From Planctomycetota bacterium (GTDB lineage Bacteria; Planctomycetota; B15-G4; SIAN01), in the NCBI GenBank assembly GCA_031409275.1, contig JANNXA010000033.1, forward strand, positions 138,704-202,703: a DNA stretch of 64,000 bases, given 5' to 3'. Position numbers and translations under genes: made by a program. A model generated the notes under the pieces. It searched no databases, had not been told where the DNA came from, and worked only from the letters and a program-made list of their open reading frames with translations. The stretch's first letter is position 1, and each line of letters begins with the position of its first letter. Shown here piece after piece: positions 20,678 to 30,347 of the stretch.

Positions 20678-20704
20678 GACGATCGAAGCGTGCGAGGATC
20701 GACA
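20678..20704 (-). promoter_or_regulatory. ECF42-type promoter of the yciI-sigma operon
   Basis: TGTCGA-N17-CGTC about 50 bp upstream of yciI, matching the ECF42 consensus as I recall it. Confidence 0.75.
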
Positions 20705-20772
20705 CGATTCTCGATTTCGATGCCGGCCCGATCGAGCGGCAGTGGCGCGTGGTGTGGGTTCGCGCGGCGCCG

Positions 20773-21675
20773 TCAGTCCCAATCGAGCAGACTGATGCCG
20801 AAAGCGATCGACTGCTGGCGGTGGTCGTAGTCGATCAACGTCTCGCCGAAGCCGCTGAAGAGCCGGCAGAACACGGCGACCCGATCGTTGAAGATCGGGT
20901 AGGCGATCGAGAGCTGCACTGCGCCGTGGTTCTCGGAGGAGTCGAGGTTGTTGCGCAGCAGGAACGAGGCGAGGAGCCGCTCCTTGAAGCCCCATCGGAA
21001 TGTGTGGGCGAGCTCGAGGTCGCCCGACCCCATGAACTGCTCGAGATCGGAGTTGTCGTCATTGACGGAGCTTTCGGGGATGCGCCACCAGGGTCGCAAC
21101 ATCAGCGTCGTGTCTTCGCCGAGGGTGGCGCCGAGCTGGCCGATCACGCGATTCCAGCTGCGCGACTCCGGCCCGCTGCGCCCGTTCGATTGGTGGTTCA
21201 CGCCCACCCCGACCAGCTCGAGCTTCAGCGCCCCCCAATCGCACCATTGGCCCACGGGCTGGATGAGGAAGGACTCGGGCTCGTAGTTCGTCTCGCGGAA
21301 CGGCGCAGACGGCTGGAAGATCTGCCAGTGCGACTGCTGCGTGAACGCGAACCAGAGGTCGGGGTGGTCGTTCGAGTCGCTCTCGATCACCTTCATCTTC
21401 AGGCTGAACTGGAACTCGAGTTCGCCGTGCTTCACGTTCGAGTCGGTGCTGGTGTTCGATGCCTGGTTGGCGTCGTTGGCGCCATGCACTGCCACGTAGG
21501 TGTCGTGGTGCGGCATCAGCTGGAACCGCTCGTTCTTGTCGTTCTTGTCGAGGTCGAAATGGCGCGTCAGCTCGGAGGGATCTGGCGCACGCGGCAGCGC
21601 CGGATCGGGCGTCGGCGTCGCCTGGCAACCTGCAATGAAGAGCGCCGTGGCGGTTCCCGCGATGCGTTTCGACAT
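20773..21675 (-). CDS. pldA: Outer-membrane phospholipase A (OMPLA)
   Basis: FQFSLK, FRETNYEPE, HQSNG..SRSWNR catalytic motif, GETLIDYD; N-terminal lipobox-like IAGC. Confidence 0.93.
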   Translation of the reverse strand: MSKRIAGTATALFIAGCQATPTPDPALPRAPDPSELTRHFDLDKNDKNERFQLMPHHDTYVAVHGANDANQASNTSTDSNVKHGELEFQFSLKMKVIESDSNDHPDLWFAFTQQSHWQIFQPSAPFRETNYEPESFLIQPVGQWCDWGALKLELVGVGVNHQSNGRSGPESRSWNRVIGQLGATLGEDTTLMLRPWWRIPESSVNDDNSDLEQFMGSGDLELAHTFRWGFKERLLASFLLRNNLDSSENHGAVQLSIAYPIFNDRVAVFCRLFSGFGETLIDYDHRQQSIAFGISLLDWD

Positions 21676-21715
21676 GCCGATCCCCTTCTTATTACTGGCG
21701 TGTGAATCAACCGGG

Positions 21716-23683
21716 TCAGGTGCCGGCGTGCGCTGCGATCGCTTCGAGGAACGCCGGGCCGAGGTCGGCGGCTTTCTTGTCGCCGACGCCTTTGCAGGCG
21801 CGGAACTCCTCGGGAGTCGAAGGCTTGCGCGCGGCGAGCTCGGCCAGCGTGCGGTCGTTGAAGATCACGTAGGGCGGGACGCCGCGCGTGTGAGCCAGCT
21901 CTCGGCGCAGCTTGCGCAGCGTCTCGAAGAGGGCGTCGTCGACGGCGAGCGCCTCGTCATCGGCGGCCATCCGCGCCAAGGTCGGCCGTCCGCGCGAAGT
22001 CTTGGCCAGCTTGGGCAGGGCGAAGAGCTTCACTTCGCGCTGGCCGCGCAGGACCTCGCGGCCGCTGGGTGCGACGGCCAGCGTCGGGTAGTCGCCATCG
22101 GCGACCGCGAGGAGGCCTTGCGCCACCAGCTGATCGACGCAGTGGCGGATCTCGCGGCTCGATTGCGAGGAGAGCAGGCCGAAGGTGGTGAGCTGATCGT
22201 GGCCGTGCTGGCGCACCCGCTCCGAATCGGCGCCGCGCAGCACGTCGGCGATGTGGCCCGCGCCGAAGCGCTGCTCGCAGCGCACCACGCAGGAGAGGAT
22301 CTTCTGGGCGACGACGGTCGCCTCGGGCAGCGACGCGAGCTCGCCGAGGCAGACATCGCAGGCGCCGCAGCCGCCGGTGGTTTCGCTGGCACCGTCGACG
22401 GCGTCGCCGGTCGCACGGTCCGCCCACGTCTCGCCGAAATGCTCGACGAGGTAGCGGTGGCGGCAGCTGGCGCCGCCCGCAAACGCGAGCATCTGGCCGA
22501 TGCGCTTCACCGCCGCGTCGACATCCTCCGGAGACCCTTCGCCCTCGCGAGCGCTGCGTTCGAGCAGGTTCTTCCACGAGTGCCAGTCGGACGCGGCGTA
22601 GAGCAGGACGCACTCCGCCGGCAGGCCGTCGCGGCCGGCGCGACCGCTCTCCTGCATGTACTGCTCGATCCCCTTCGGCAGGTTGGCGTGGACGACGTAG
22701 CGGACGTCGGCGCGGTCGATCCCCATGCCGAACGCCACCGTCGCGACCACGACGTCGACCTCTTCGTTGAGGAACTGCTCCTGGTTTCGGTGGCGCGTCT
22801 CGGGCTCGAGGCCGGCGTGGTAGGGGAGCGCCTTCACTCCCGCCCGCTGCAACGCCAGGGCGTGTTCCTCGACATCGCGACGGCGCAGCGCATAGACGAT
22901 GCCGGCCTGGTCGGGGTGACGCTTGATGACCGAGAGCACCTGCGCGAGCAGCTCGCCGCGCGGCTGGAAGCGGTAGGTGAGGTTGGGTCGATCGCAGCTG
23001 CCGACCAGCAACGCCGGGTCGCGCAGCCCGAGCTGCCGCACGATGTCGTCGCGCACGCCGGGCGTCGCCGTGGCGGTGAAGGCCTGGATCGGAATCTCGG
23101 GATGGTCGCGACGCAGCTGACCGAGCTGGCGGTACTCCGGCCGGAAGTCGTGCCCCCAGTGGCTGATGCAATGCGCTTCGTCGACCACCAGCGCGGCGAG
23201 CCCGGAGCCGAGCAGTTCGGCGAGGAAGCCGTCGAGCACCAGCCGTTCGGGCGCCACGTAGAGGAGCTTCAGCTGGCCGTCGCGCAGTTGCTGGCGCACC
23301 TTGCGCCGCTCGTCAGGCGTCTGCGCGGAGGTCAGCATCCCGGCGGCGACACCACTCTCGCGCAGCCCGTCGATCTGGTCCTTCATCAATGAGATGAGCG
23401 GACTGACCACGGCGGTGACGCCGTTGCGAAGCAGCGCTGGCGCCTGGTAGCAGAGGCTCTTGCCGCCGCCGGTCGCCAGCACGACCACCGCATCGCGCCC
23501 CTGCAACGACGCGACCATCGCTTCGGCCTGCAGCGGCCGCAGCGTGGGGTAGCCCCACACGCGCTGGACGGTGGCCGCCAACTGTTCGCGCGCCGCTTCC
23601 GCCGCGGCGGGATCGGCCGCCGCCGGACTTGTTCGCGCCGCCCCTGCCGCTCCCGCCACTGTCGCGATCCCCGCTGCCCCCAC
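21716..23683 (-). CDS. recQ: ATP-dependent DNA helicase RecQ
   Basis: TGGGKSLCYQ, DEAHCISHWGHDFRPEY, ATVAFGMGID, QESGRAGRDG, Zn-binding Cys, RQC and HRDC domains. Confidence 0.96.
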   Translation of the reverse strand: MGAAGIATVAGAAGAARTSPAAADPAAAEAAREQLAATVQRVWGYPTLRPLQAEAMVASLQGRDAVVVLATGGGKSLCYQAPALLRNGVTAVVSPLISLMKDQIDGLRESGVAAGMLTSAQTPDERRKVRQQLRDGQLKLLYVAPERLVLDGFLAELLGSGLAALVVDEAHCISHWGHDFRPEYRQLGQLRRDHPEIPIQAFTATATPGVRDDIVRQLGLRDPALLVGSCDRPNLTYRFQPRGELLAQVLSVIKRHPDQAGIVYALRRRDVEEHALALQRAGVKALPYHAGLEPETRHRNQEQFLNEEVDVVVATVAFGMGIDRADVRYVVHANLPKGIEQYMQESGRAGRDGLPAECVLLYAASDWHSWKNLLERSAREGEGSPEDVDAAVKRIGQMLAFAGGASCRHRYLVEHFGETWADRATGDAVDGASETTGGCGACDVCLGELASLPEATVVAQKILSCVVRCEQRFGAGHIADVLRGADSERVRQHGHDQLTTFGLLSSQSSREIRHCVDQLVAQGLLAVADGDYPTLAVAPSGREVLRGQREVKLFALPKLAKTSRGRPTLARMAADDEALAVDDALFETLRKLRRELAHTRGVPPYVIFNDRTLAELAARKPSTPEEFRACKGVGDKKAADLGPAFLEAIAAHAGT

Positions 23684-23740
23684 GTCGAGCGCGAGACGTT
23701 AGCCGCGTCGCGCGGTGACTCGCAGGGGCGAAGCGGCGCC

Positions 23741-25339
23741 TCACCTTCGCGGTAGGGGTGGCGCCATCCTCACGACCACCGATCCGTCGGCGTCGACGGT
23801 GGTGGCCTGCACGATCCCCTCGATGCGCAGCGCGGCGTCGTCGTAGCTCGGCTCGCCGGGGCGGGAGGGGCGCGTCAATGCGGCGACCACGGCGTCGGTC
23901 GGCGTCGGCGTGCGCACCAGCAGCTCATGGCGCTCGTCGTCGGCGATCACCGCGACGTCGCCGCTCTTCGTCTGCAGGGAAACGGCGCCGAAGTCGAAGT
24001 GGGTCGGCGACATCGAGAAGAGCCGCTGCCCGGGCGCGACCCGCAACACGCCGAAGGGGGTGTAGCTCGAAGGCGACATCGCCGCCGTCGTCAACGCCGA
24101 GACGTCGATGCGCAGCAGCGTGCCGCTCCCCTCCAGCACGGAGGCGATCCGCCGCGCGCGCTCCTGTTCGGCGCGCGCTGCCTGGATCTCCTTCGCGGCG
24201 ACCAGGGCCTCCCAGTTCGAGTCCGCTTCGAGCGCTTCGCTGCGTTCGGCGAGCTCCTCGGCCGAAGGCTGGCCCAGTGCGTCGGCGAGCAGCGCGGTCA
24301 GCGTCTCGCCCTGCGCCACTCGCCGTTTCCATTCGGGCAGCAGCGTGTCGAGCAGGCGGCCGATGGCGGCGCCGAAGAGGTAGCCGCGCCGCCGCACCAC
24401 CGCCGTGCCGAACTCGCTGCCGTTCACGCTCATCGTGTGGCGGGCGAGGCTCTTCAGCTGGAGCGACTGCTGCTCGACGGCGGCCGGCAGCTCGCTGCTG
24501 GCCTTGAAAGCGGGGCAGGCGGCGGCCAGCTCCTTCGAGATTCCGTGGTCGCGCCACAGCTCGAGCGAGCGCCATTCGACGTAGTTGGCCAACCCCTCGT
24601 TGGTCTCGTTGCTGTCCTCGGCGCGCACGACGGCGGCGGACAGTCCCGCGCGCCGCCGCGTGCGCTCCGCCAGGAACAGCAGCGCCTGCTCTTCGCGCTC
24701 GTCGGGCGCTTGCGCGGCCAGCGCGGCCAGCAGCGCATCGCCTTCGAGCTGCAGCCGTGCCGACCGCTCCGGTTCGAGGTCGGGGTAGTCGGCCATGTCG
24801 AGCTCGCTGTAGGCGGGGATCTTCAGTCCTCGATCGGCCCAGGCGTGGAACCCCTCGTGCACCTGCACCGAGAGGTTGTAGGAGTCGTCGATGGAAACGC
24901 GCGCGCCGCGGTCGGTGACGACGAGCGTGCGCACGTTGTTGATCAGCGTCGTGGTGTCCATCCCGACGGTGTAGACCGTTTCGCCCCGCCGCACGAAGAG
25001 CGGCTCGTCACCGAGCGGGTTGGTGCCGTTGAACCGCACGAACGACGGCGGCGGTTGCGGGAAGCGCAGCAGCACTTCCGCCTTGCCGGGGTTCATCAGC
25101 AACGCCGGGATCGCGCTGAGCCGATAGCCCGGCCACAGTTCCGCCTCGTGCGCGTCGACCAACCGGCACGCCTCGCGCCACTGCAACAGCGTGATGGGAT
25201 CGATGCCGAGCTCTTCCGTCGGGCACGACGCGGCCCGACTGGCGCCCGAAGTGGCGAGGACGAGGAGCGCTCCTCGCCACGCGAGTCGCCGGACGAATCG
25301 TGGCGATCGCGGAAGGAGGTTCGGGCGCGAATCGGTCAC
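23741..25339 (-). CDS. Secreted hypothetical protein, putative gluzincin metallopeptidase
   Basis: Signal-like N-terminus; HEGFH (HExxH) and downstream NEGLANYVE; GTG start with AAGGAG RBS. Confidence 0.6.
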   Translation of the reverse strand: MTDSRPNLLPRSPRFVRRLAWRGALLVLATSGASRAASCPTEELGIDPITLLQWREACRLVDAHEAELWPGYRLSAIPALLMNPGKAEVLLRFPQPPPSFVRFNGTNPLGDEPLFVRRGETVYTVGMDTTTLINNVRTLVVTDRGARVSIDDSYNLSVQVHEGFHAWADRGLKIPAYSELDMADYPDLEPERSARLQLEGDALLAALAAQAPDEREEQALLFLAERTRRRAGLSAAVVRAEDSNETNEGLANYVEWRSLELWRDHGISKELAAACPAFKASSELPAAVEQQSLQLKSLARHTMSVNGSEFGTAVVRRRGYLFGAAIGRLLDTLLPEWKRRVAQGETLTALLADALGQPSAEELAERSEALEADSNWEALVAAKEIQAARAEQERARRIASVLEGSGTLLRIDVSALTTAAMSPSSYTPFGVLRVAPGQRLFSMSPTHFDFGAVSLQTKSGDVAVIADDERHELLVRTPTPTDAVVAALTRPSRPGEPSYDDAALRIEGIVQATTVDADGSVVVRMAPPLPRR

Positions 25340-25465
25340 AGGGGGTCTCCTTCAGGGCAAGGCAGCCGATACGGAGCAGTGGGCGCGGGTGATGGAAAAA
25401 GAGTGCGCACGGTCCGCGCCTCGCCGGCGTTGCGACTTCGACCCCCACGACCGATGATCGCCGCG

Positions 25466-26071
25466 ATGTCGCCTCGCCGCAAAGCGGACGCCCTGTCGGA
25501 GCGCGGGCTCGAGCTGCTGCGGGCGCAGCTCGGCCGCGACGCGAAGGATGCGGCGGCCGAGCTCGAACGGCTGCGGCTGACGCTCACCCGCTTCTTCGAG
25601 TGGCGCGGCGCCGCGTGGCCCGACGAGCAGGTCGACGAGGTGCTCGATCGCGTCGTGCGCAAGCTGGCCGAGGGCACGGCGCTGCTCGATCTCTTCGCCT
25701 TCGCGCTCGGCATCGCGCGGCTGGTGCTGCTCGAGTCCGCGCGGCGGCGGCCGCCACCGCTGGGGCTCGCGGCGGCAGAGCAGGTGGAGGCGCCTCGCGA
25801 GCCGGCCGGCGACGACGACCCGGCGGGGTCGCTCCGGCGCGCACTCGAGGCGTGTCTCGGCGAGCTGCCGCACCCCGCGCGGGAGCTGCTGCTGAGCTAC
25901 TACACGGCGCGCGGTCGCGAGAAGATCGAGCGGCGCCAGCGGCTCGCCGCGCAGCTCCAGCTGAGCGAGTCGGCATTGCGCAACCGGGTGCAGCGGCTGC
26001 GTGACCGGCTCGAAGCTTGTGTGCGCGAACGAGAGCGACAGGTTTCGGGTCGCGAGGACACTCTTCGGTGA
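25466..26071 (+). CDS. ECF-like sigma-70 family factor
   Basis: LTRFFEWRG..PDEQVDEVLDRV region 2-like; LEACLGELP..RELLLSYY..LAAQLQLSESALRNRVQRLR region 4 HTH; start 25466 or 25454. Confidence 0.82.
   Translation: MSPRRKADALSERGLELLRAQLGRDAKDAAAELERLRLTLTRFFEWRGAAWPDEQVDEVLDRVVRKLAEGTALLDLFAFALGIARLVLLESARRRPPPLGLAAAEQVEAPREPAGDDDPAGSLRRALEACLGELPHPARELLLSYYTARGREKIERRQRLAAQLQLSESALRNRVQRLRDRLEACVRERERQVSGREDTLR
26036..26061 (+). promoter_or_regulatory. Putative cognate ECF promoter (copy 1) upstream of anti-sigma/CHAT
   Basis: CGACAGGTTTCG-N11-CAC; near-identical copy at 30282-30307. Confidence 0.55.
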
Positions 26072-26075
26072 AGTG

Positions 26076-26804
26076 ATGACGAGCCCCCACCCTACTCCCG
26101 ACCTGCGGCACGCCTACCTCCTCGGAGAACTCTCCGAGGCGGACGGCGCCGCGCTCGAATCGGCCTACTTCGCGAGCGGCGAGTCGCTCGCGGCGATGGA
26201 GGCCGCGGAGGAGGAGCTGATCGAGGCTGCGCTCGAGCGGCGCCTCGACCCGGTGGAGCAGGCGAAAGTCGAGAGCCGCCTCCTCGCCAGCGCACCGCTG
26301 CGTCGGCGCTTCGAGCTCGCGCGGCGATTGCAGGCGCGTGCCGGCGAGCCGTCGGTGCGGCGACGGCCGTGGCCGCCGATGGTCCGGGTGGCGCTGCTGG
26401 CGGCCACGGTCACGCTCGCCGCGCTGCTCTTCTGGCGCGAGGAGTCGTCGCCGCGATCGTCGCAGTCGCTGCTGCTGCCCGCGGTCCACACGCGCGGCGG
26501 CGGGTCGCTGCCCACGTTGGCGCTCGCGAGTGACACCGCGCAGGTGGAGCTGCGGTTGGCGAGCATCGACGCGCTGCCGCCGCCGCCGTGGCGTGCGTCG
26601 GTGGTCGCGGTCGGGGGCGGTGAGGCGTGGGTCGGCAGCGCCGTCGCCACGCCGACCGAGTCGACGGACGGCGTTCGAGCCGTCGTCGAGATCCCGGCGG
26701 CGCAGCTTCCCGCCGCCGACTATTTCGTGGGGCTGGTCAGCGCCGCGGCGCCACCCGACGAGGTGCCGCTTGCGCGCTGGTCGTTCCGCATCGTGCGCCG
26801 CTGA
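26076..26804 (+). CDS. Putative membrane-anchored anti-sigma factor
   Basis: N-terminal YLLGELS..ALE anti-sigma-like helical domain without Zn Cys, one TM (VALLAATVTLAALLFW), extracytoplasmic beta-rich C-terminus; follows the sigma gene by 4 bp. Confidence 0.7.
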   Translation: MTSPHPTPDLRHAYLLGELSEADGAALESAYFASGESLAAMEAAEEELIEAALERRLDPVEQAKVESRLLASAPLRRRFELARRLQARAGEPSVRRRPWPPMVRVALLAATVTLAALLFWREESSPRSSQSLLLPAVHTRGGGSLPTLALASDTAQVELRLASIDALPPPPWRASVVAVGGGEAWVGSAVATPTESTDGVRAVVEIPAAQLPAADYFVGLVSAAAPPDEVPLARWSFRIVRR

Positions 26805-26815
26805 GCCGCGTCGCG

Positions 26816-29800
26816 ATGGGGCTCGCACTGCTCCTCTCGCTGGCAGTCGTCGCGACCGGCGTTGCGGCGCCGCCGATCGACGAGGCGCCGCTCGAGTTGC
26901 GCCAGCCGCTGACGCGCAGCGTCGAGCCCGGAGTCGTCGACGCGCTGCGGATCGACGTCGCGGCGGGCGAGTACGTCGAGATCGCGTCCGAACGGCCCTA
27001 CCGCAGCCTCGGGCTGGAGCTCCTCGATCCTCACGGACGGGTCGTGGCGGCGACCCTCGGTGAGCCGCCGAACGGTTCGTCGCTTCGATTGGCCGCGGTG
27101 ATCGCCGATCCCGGCACCCATCTCCTCACGATCGCGAACGACGACGTCGCGATGTTGGAGAGCGGCGCGCCGGCGCGGCGCGGCCGTTGCCGCATCGAAC
27201 TGCTCGAGCGTCGGCCCGCGGTGGATGGCGACGCCGATCGGGTCGACGCCTTCGCGGCGCTCGATCGCGTGCGACGGACGGGGGCCGCAATCTCCGGGGA
27301 TGCCGTCGCGTTGCGCGGTGCGCGCGACGAGCTCGCCGCGATCGCCGCACGCTTCGACGCGCTCGCCGCGTTCGAGGGCGCCGCGCTCTGCTTCCACACG
27401 CTGGCGCAGCTCGACGGCGTCGCGCATGACGACGCGGCGGCGGCACGCTCCGCCGAGGCCGCGGTGGCGGCGTGGCGCGCGGCGGGTCGACGGCGCGAGG
27501 AGGGGCGCGCGCGGAGCGAGGTCGGGCTGATCGCCTACGCCGCCTATCAGCGCGAGGCGGCGCGCGCCTCATACGACGAGGCGCTGGCGATTCACGAGGA
27601 GGTCGGCGACGTCGAGTGGATCGCCGAGACGCTCGATCGCCGCGGCTGGTTCGAGCGCTGGTGCGGCGATCGTCGCGCCGCCATCGCGACGTACGAGCGC
27701 TGTCTGCCGTTGCGCGTCGAGGCCGCCGACTGGCACGGCGAGATCGTGACGCTCACCGATCTCGGCGTCGCCCACCTCGAGCTCGGCGAGGTTGCCGCCG
27801 CCGCCGCGTGGCTGCAGCGCGCGCGCGACCTCGCGGCGCCGGCGCGCGACGGGACGAGCTTCACGAAGCTGCTGACGGTGTCGGGATGGCTCGAGCTGAG
27901 GGTGGGAGACTTCGCCGCGGCGGCGGTCACGCAGCAGCGATCGCTGGCGCAGGCGCGCGCGTCGCGCGACCGGCGCGGCGAAGCGCAGGCGCTCCACAAT
28001 CTCGGCAGGACCTGGGTGGAGCTCGGCGAGCTCGCGCAGGCGCGCGCGGCGAGCGAGCAGGCGCTGGTGATCGTGCGCGAGACGGGACAGCGCAGCGGCG
28101 AGACCGCGGAGCTGCTCTTCCTGGCTCAGCTGCGCCGCCACGAAGGGGATCTCGACCAAGCGATCGCCGATGCCGCGGCGGCGCTGGCGCTCGCCGAGGC
28201 GATCCACGACCGCGCCTTCGAGGCGGCCGCGCGCAGGGTCCTCGGCGAATGTTCGGCCGTGAACGGCGACCTGGAACGCGGGCGCGAGGAGCTCGAGGCG
28301 GCGCTGGCGCTCGAGCGCGAACTCGGCATGAAGCCGGCGGAGTCGAGCACGCTCGTCTGGCTGGCGAACGTGGTCGCCGCGCAAGGCGATTTAGAAGCCG
28401 CGATGCGCCTCTCCGAGCAGGCGCTCGCGATCGTCGAGGCGTTCGGCCTGCGCTCGAACGAGGCGGTGACGCGCAGCACGCTCGCGGCGCACGCCTTCGC
28501 CATCGGACAGCGGGAGACCGCGCGCGTCCAGCTGGAGCAGGCGCTGGCGCTGGGAGAGTCGCTCCGGCGACGCATGCCGCAGGACGATTGGCGCAGCAGC
28601 TACTTCACGACGCAGCTCGACCGCTACGCGCTCCTGCTCGACGTCCTGCTCGAAGGGCACGACGGAGCGCCCGAGCCCGCCGCGGTGGCGCGCGCCTTCG
28701 AGGTCAGCGAAGCGGCGCGCGCTCGCAGCCTGCTCGACCTGCTCTCCGAGGCGAAGGTCGACGTGCGTGCGGGCGCCGATGCGACGCTGCTCGCGCAGGA
28801 GCGCGGCCTGACCCAGGAGCTCCACTTCGCCGCCGCCGCGTTGGATCAGCTGGTGCAAGGCGCGGCGACGGCGGCGCAAGCCGCGGCCGCGTCGGCGAAG
28901 GTCGAGGCGATCTCGAACCAGCTGCGCGAGATCGAGACGCGGCTGCGCGCCAGCTCGCCGCGATTCGCCGCGTTGAGTCCGGCGCGACCGTCGACGGCGG
29001 CGGCGATCCAGCACGAGCTGCTCGACGACGAGACGGTGCTCCTCGAATTCGCGTTCGGTCGTGAGGCGACCTGGCTCTTCGCGGTCACGCGGCAGTCGCT
29101 GGAGGCGCATCGGCTCGCGCCGCGCGCTGCGCTGGAGGCGTCGGCCTCCGCGGCGATCGCGGCGATGACCGCCCGCAGCGGGCGCATCGAGGAGGAGGGC
29201 GCTTCGCGTCAGGCGCGCATCGCCGCCGCCGATGCGCAGACGCCGGCGCGGCTCGCCGAGCTCCGGCGGCTCCTGCTCGGCCCGGTCGAAGGCGCGTTGC
29301 AGGGAGAGTGGCGCCACCGCCGCCTCGTCGTCGTGGCGCCGGGACGCCTCGCTGCGCTGCCCTTCGCCGCGCTCGTGGCCCAGGAGGTGGTCCTCCTGCC
29401 GTCGGCCTCGGTCCTCGCGATCGTGCGCTCCTCGGCCGCCCCGCGGCCGTCCGGCGTGCGCCCGATCGCCGTGCTGGCCGATCCCGTCTTCGAGCGCGAC
29501 GACCCGCGGTTGACGAGCGCGTCGAAGGGCGTGCCGTCGTCGTCCGCGACGGCGGAGCGCATGGGCTACGCGCGACTGCCGTTCTCGGGCGAAGAGGCGG
29601 CGCGGATCGCCGCTCTGGTCGAGCCGGGCCGCGTGCGGCGCTTCGAGGGATTCGATGCGACGCGTGATGCGGTGGTCGCCGGCACGTTCGCCGACTGCGG
29701 CATCGTCCACTTCGCGACGCACGGCCTCGTCGACGTCGAGAAACCGGAGCACAGCGGCATGGTCCTTTCGCTCCTCACGCGCGACGGCGCGGAGCAGGAC

Positions 29801-30145
29801 GGGCTTCTGTGTCTTGCGGACTTGTTTCGATTGCGGATGCCCGCCGACCTCGTCGTGTTGAGCGCGTGCAAGACGGCGCTGGGTCGCGACATCCCCGGCG
29901 AGGGGCTCGTCGGTTTGACGCGCGCCTTCTTCCATGCCGGCGCCTCCCGCGTGGTGGCGAGCTTGTGGGAGGTGGATGACCTCGCGACCGCCGAACTGAT
30001 GCGCCGCTTCTATCGAGGCGTGCTGCAGGAGGGGCGTTCGCCGGCGGCGGCGTTGCGGCTGGCGCAGGACGAGATGGCGGCGCAGGAGCGGTTCGCCGTT
30101 CCCTACTGGTGGGCAGGTTTCGTGCTTCAGGGCGAGTGGCGCTGA
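26816..30145 (+). CDS. Exported TPR-CHAT (caspase-like) protease
   Basis: Signal peptide MGLALLLSLAVVATGVAA, beta-sandwich, multiple TPRs, CHAT with HFATHG and VLSACKT catalytic dyad, ASLWEVDD, PYWWAGFVLQG. Confidence 0.93.
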   Translation: MGLALLLSLAVVATGVAAPPIDEAPLELRQPLTRSVEPGVVDALRIDVAAGEYVEIASERPYRSLGLELLDPHGRVVAATLGEPPNGSSLRLAAVIADPGTHLLTIANDDVAMLESGAPARRGRCRIELLERRPAVDGDADRVDAFAALDRVRRTGAAISGDAVALRGARDELAAIAARFDALAAFEGAALCFHTLAQLDGVAHDDAAAARSAEAAVAAWRAAGRRREEGRARSEVGLIAYAAYQREAARASYDEALAIHEEVGDVEWIAETLDRRGWFERWCGDRRAAIATYERCLPLRVEAADWHGEIVTLTDLGVAHLELGEVAAAAAWLQRARDLAAPARDGTSFTKLLTVSGWLELRVGDFAAAAVTQQRSLAQARASRDRRGEAQALHNLGRTWVELGELAQARAASEQALVIVRETGQRSGETAELLFLAQLRRHEGDLDQAIADAAAALALAEAIHDRAFEAAARRVLGECSAVNGDLERGREELEAALALERELGMKPAESSTLVWLANVVAAQGDLEAAMRLSEQALAIVEAFGLRSNEAVTRSTLAAHAFAIGQRETARVQLEQALALGESLRRRMPQDDWRSSYFTTQLDRYALLLDVLLEGHDGAPEPAAVARAFEVSEAARARSLLDLLSEAKVDVRAGADATLLAQERGLTQELHFAAAALDQLVQGAATAAQAAAASAKVEAISNQLREIETRLRASSPRFAALSPARPSTAAAIQHELLDDETVLLEFAFGREATWLFAVTRQSLEAHRLAPRAALEASASAAIAAMTARSGRIEEEGASRQARIAAADAQTPARLAELRRLLLGPVEGALQGEWRHRRLVVVAPGRLAALPFAALVAQEVVLLPSASVLAIVRSSAAPRPSGVRPIAVLADPVFERDDPRLTSASKGVPSSSATAERMGYARLPFSGEEAARIAALVEPGRVRRFEGFDATRDAVVAGTFADCGIVHFATHGLVDVEKPEHSGMVLSLLTRDGAEQDGLLCLADLFRLRMPADLVVLSACKTALGRDIPGEGLVGLTRAFFHAGASRVVASLWEVDDLATAELMRRFYRGVLQEGRSPAAALRLAQDEMAAQERFAVPYWWAGFVLQGEWR

Positions 30146-30281
30146 GCAGCGCCGCTCGCGCGCAAGGACGACTTGCGCCGCACGATCGGGTCCAGGGCGT
30201 GGACGGCGGGCACTTCGCGCTGGGAGGCCTTGCGCGACGGCTCCGGTAGCGGTTGCGATGGTCCGAGCATTGCACGGCCTT

Positions 30282-30307
30282 CGACACGTTTCGTTGGCGG
30301 TTGCCAC
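30282..30307 (+). promoter_or_regulatory. Putative cognate ECF promoter (copy 2) upstream of the di-heme protein gene
   Basis: CGACACGTTTCG-N11-CAC, 40 bp upstream of ATG 30348. Confidence 0.55.
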
Positions 30308-30347
30308 CTGCCTGGCAACGAGCGGTGGGTCACGCAGGAGCTACGAC

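Noticed and set aside
25466..30145. Type III-E CRISPR/Craspase locus
   Set aside because: No cas genes or repeat-spacer array in the window, and the CHAT protein has a signal peptide.
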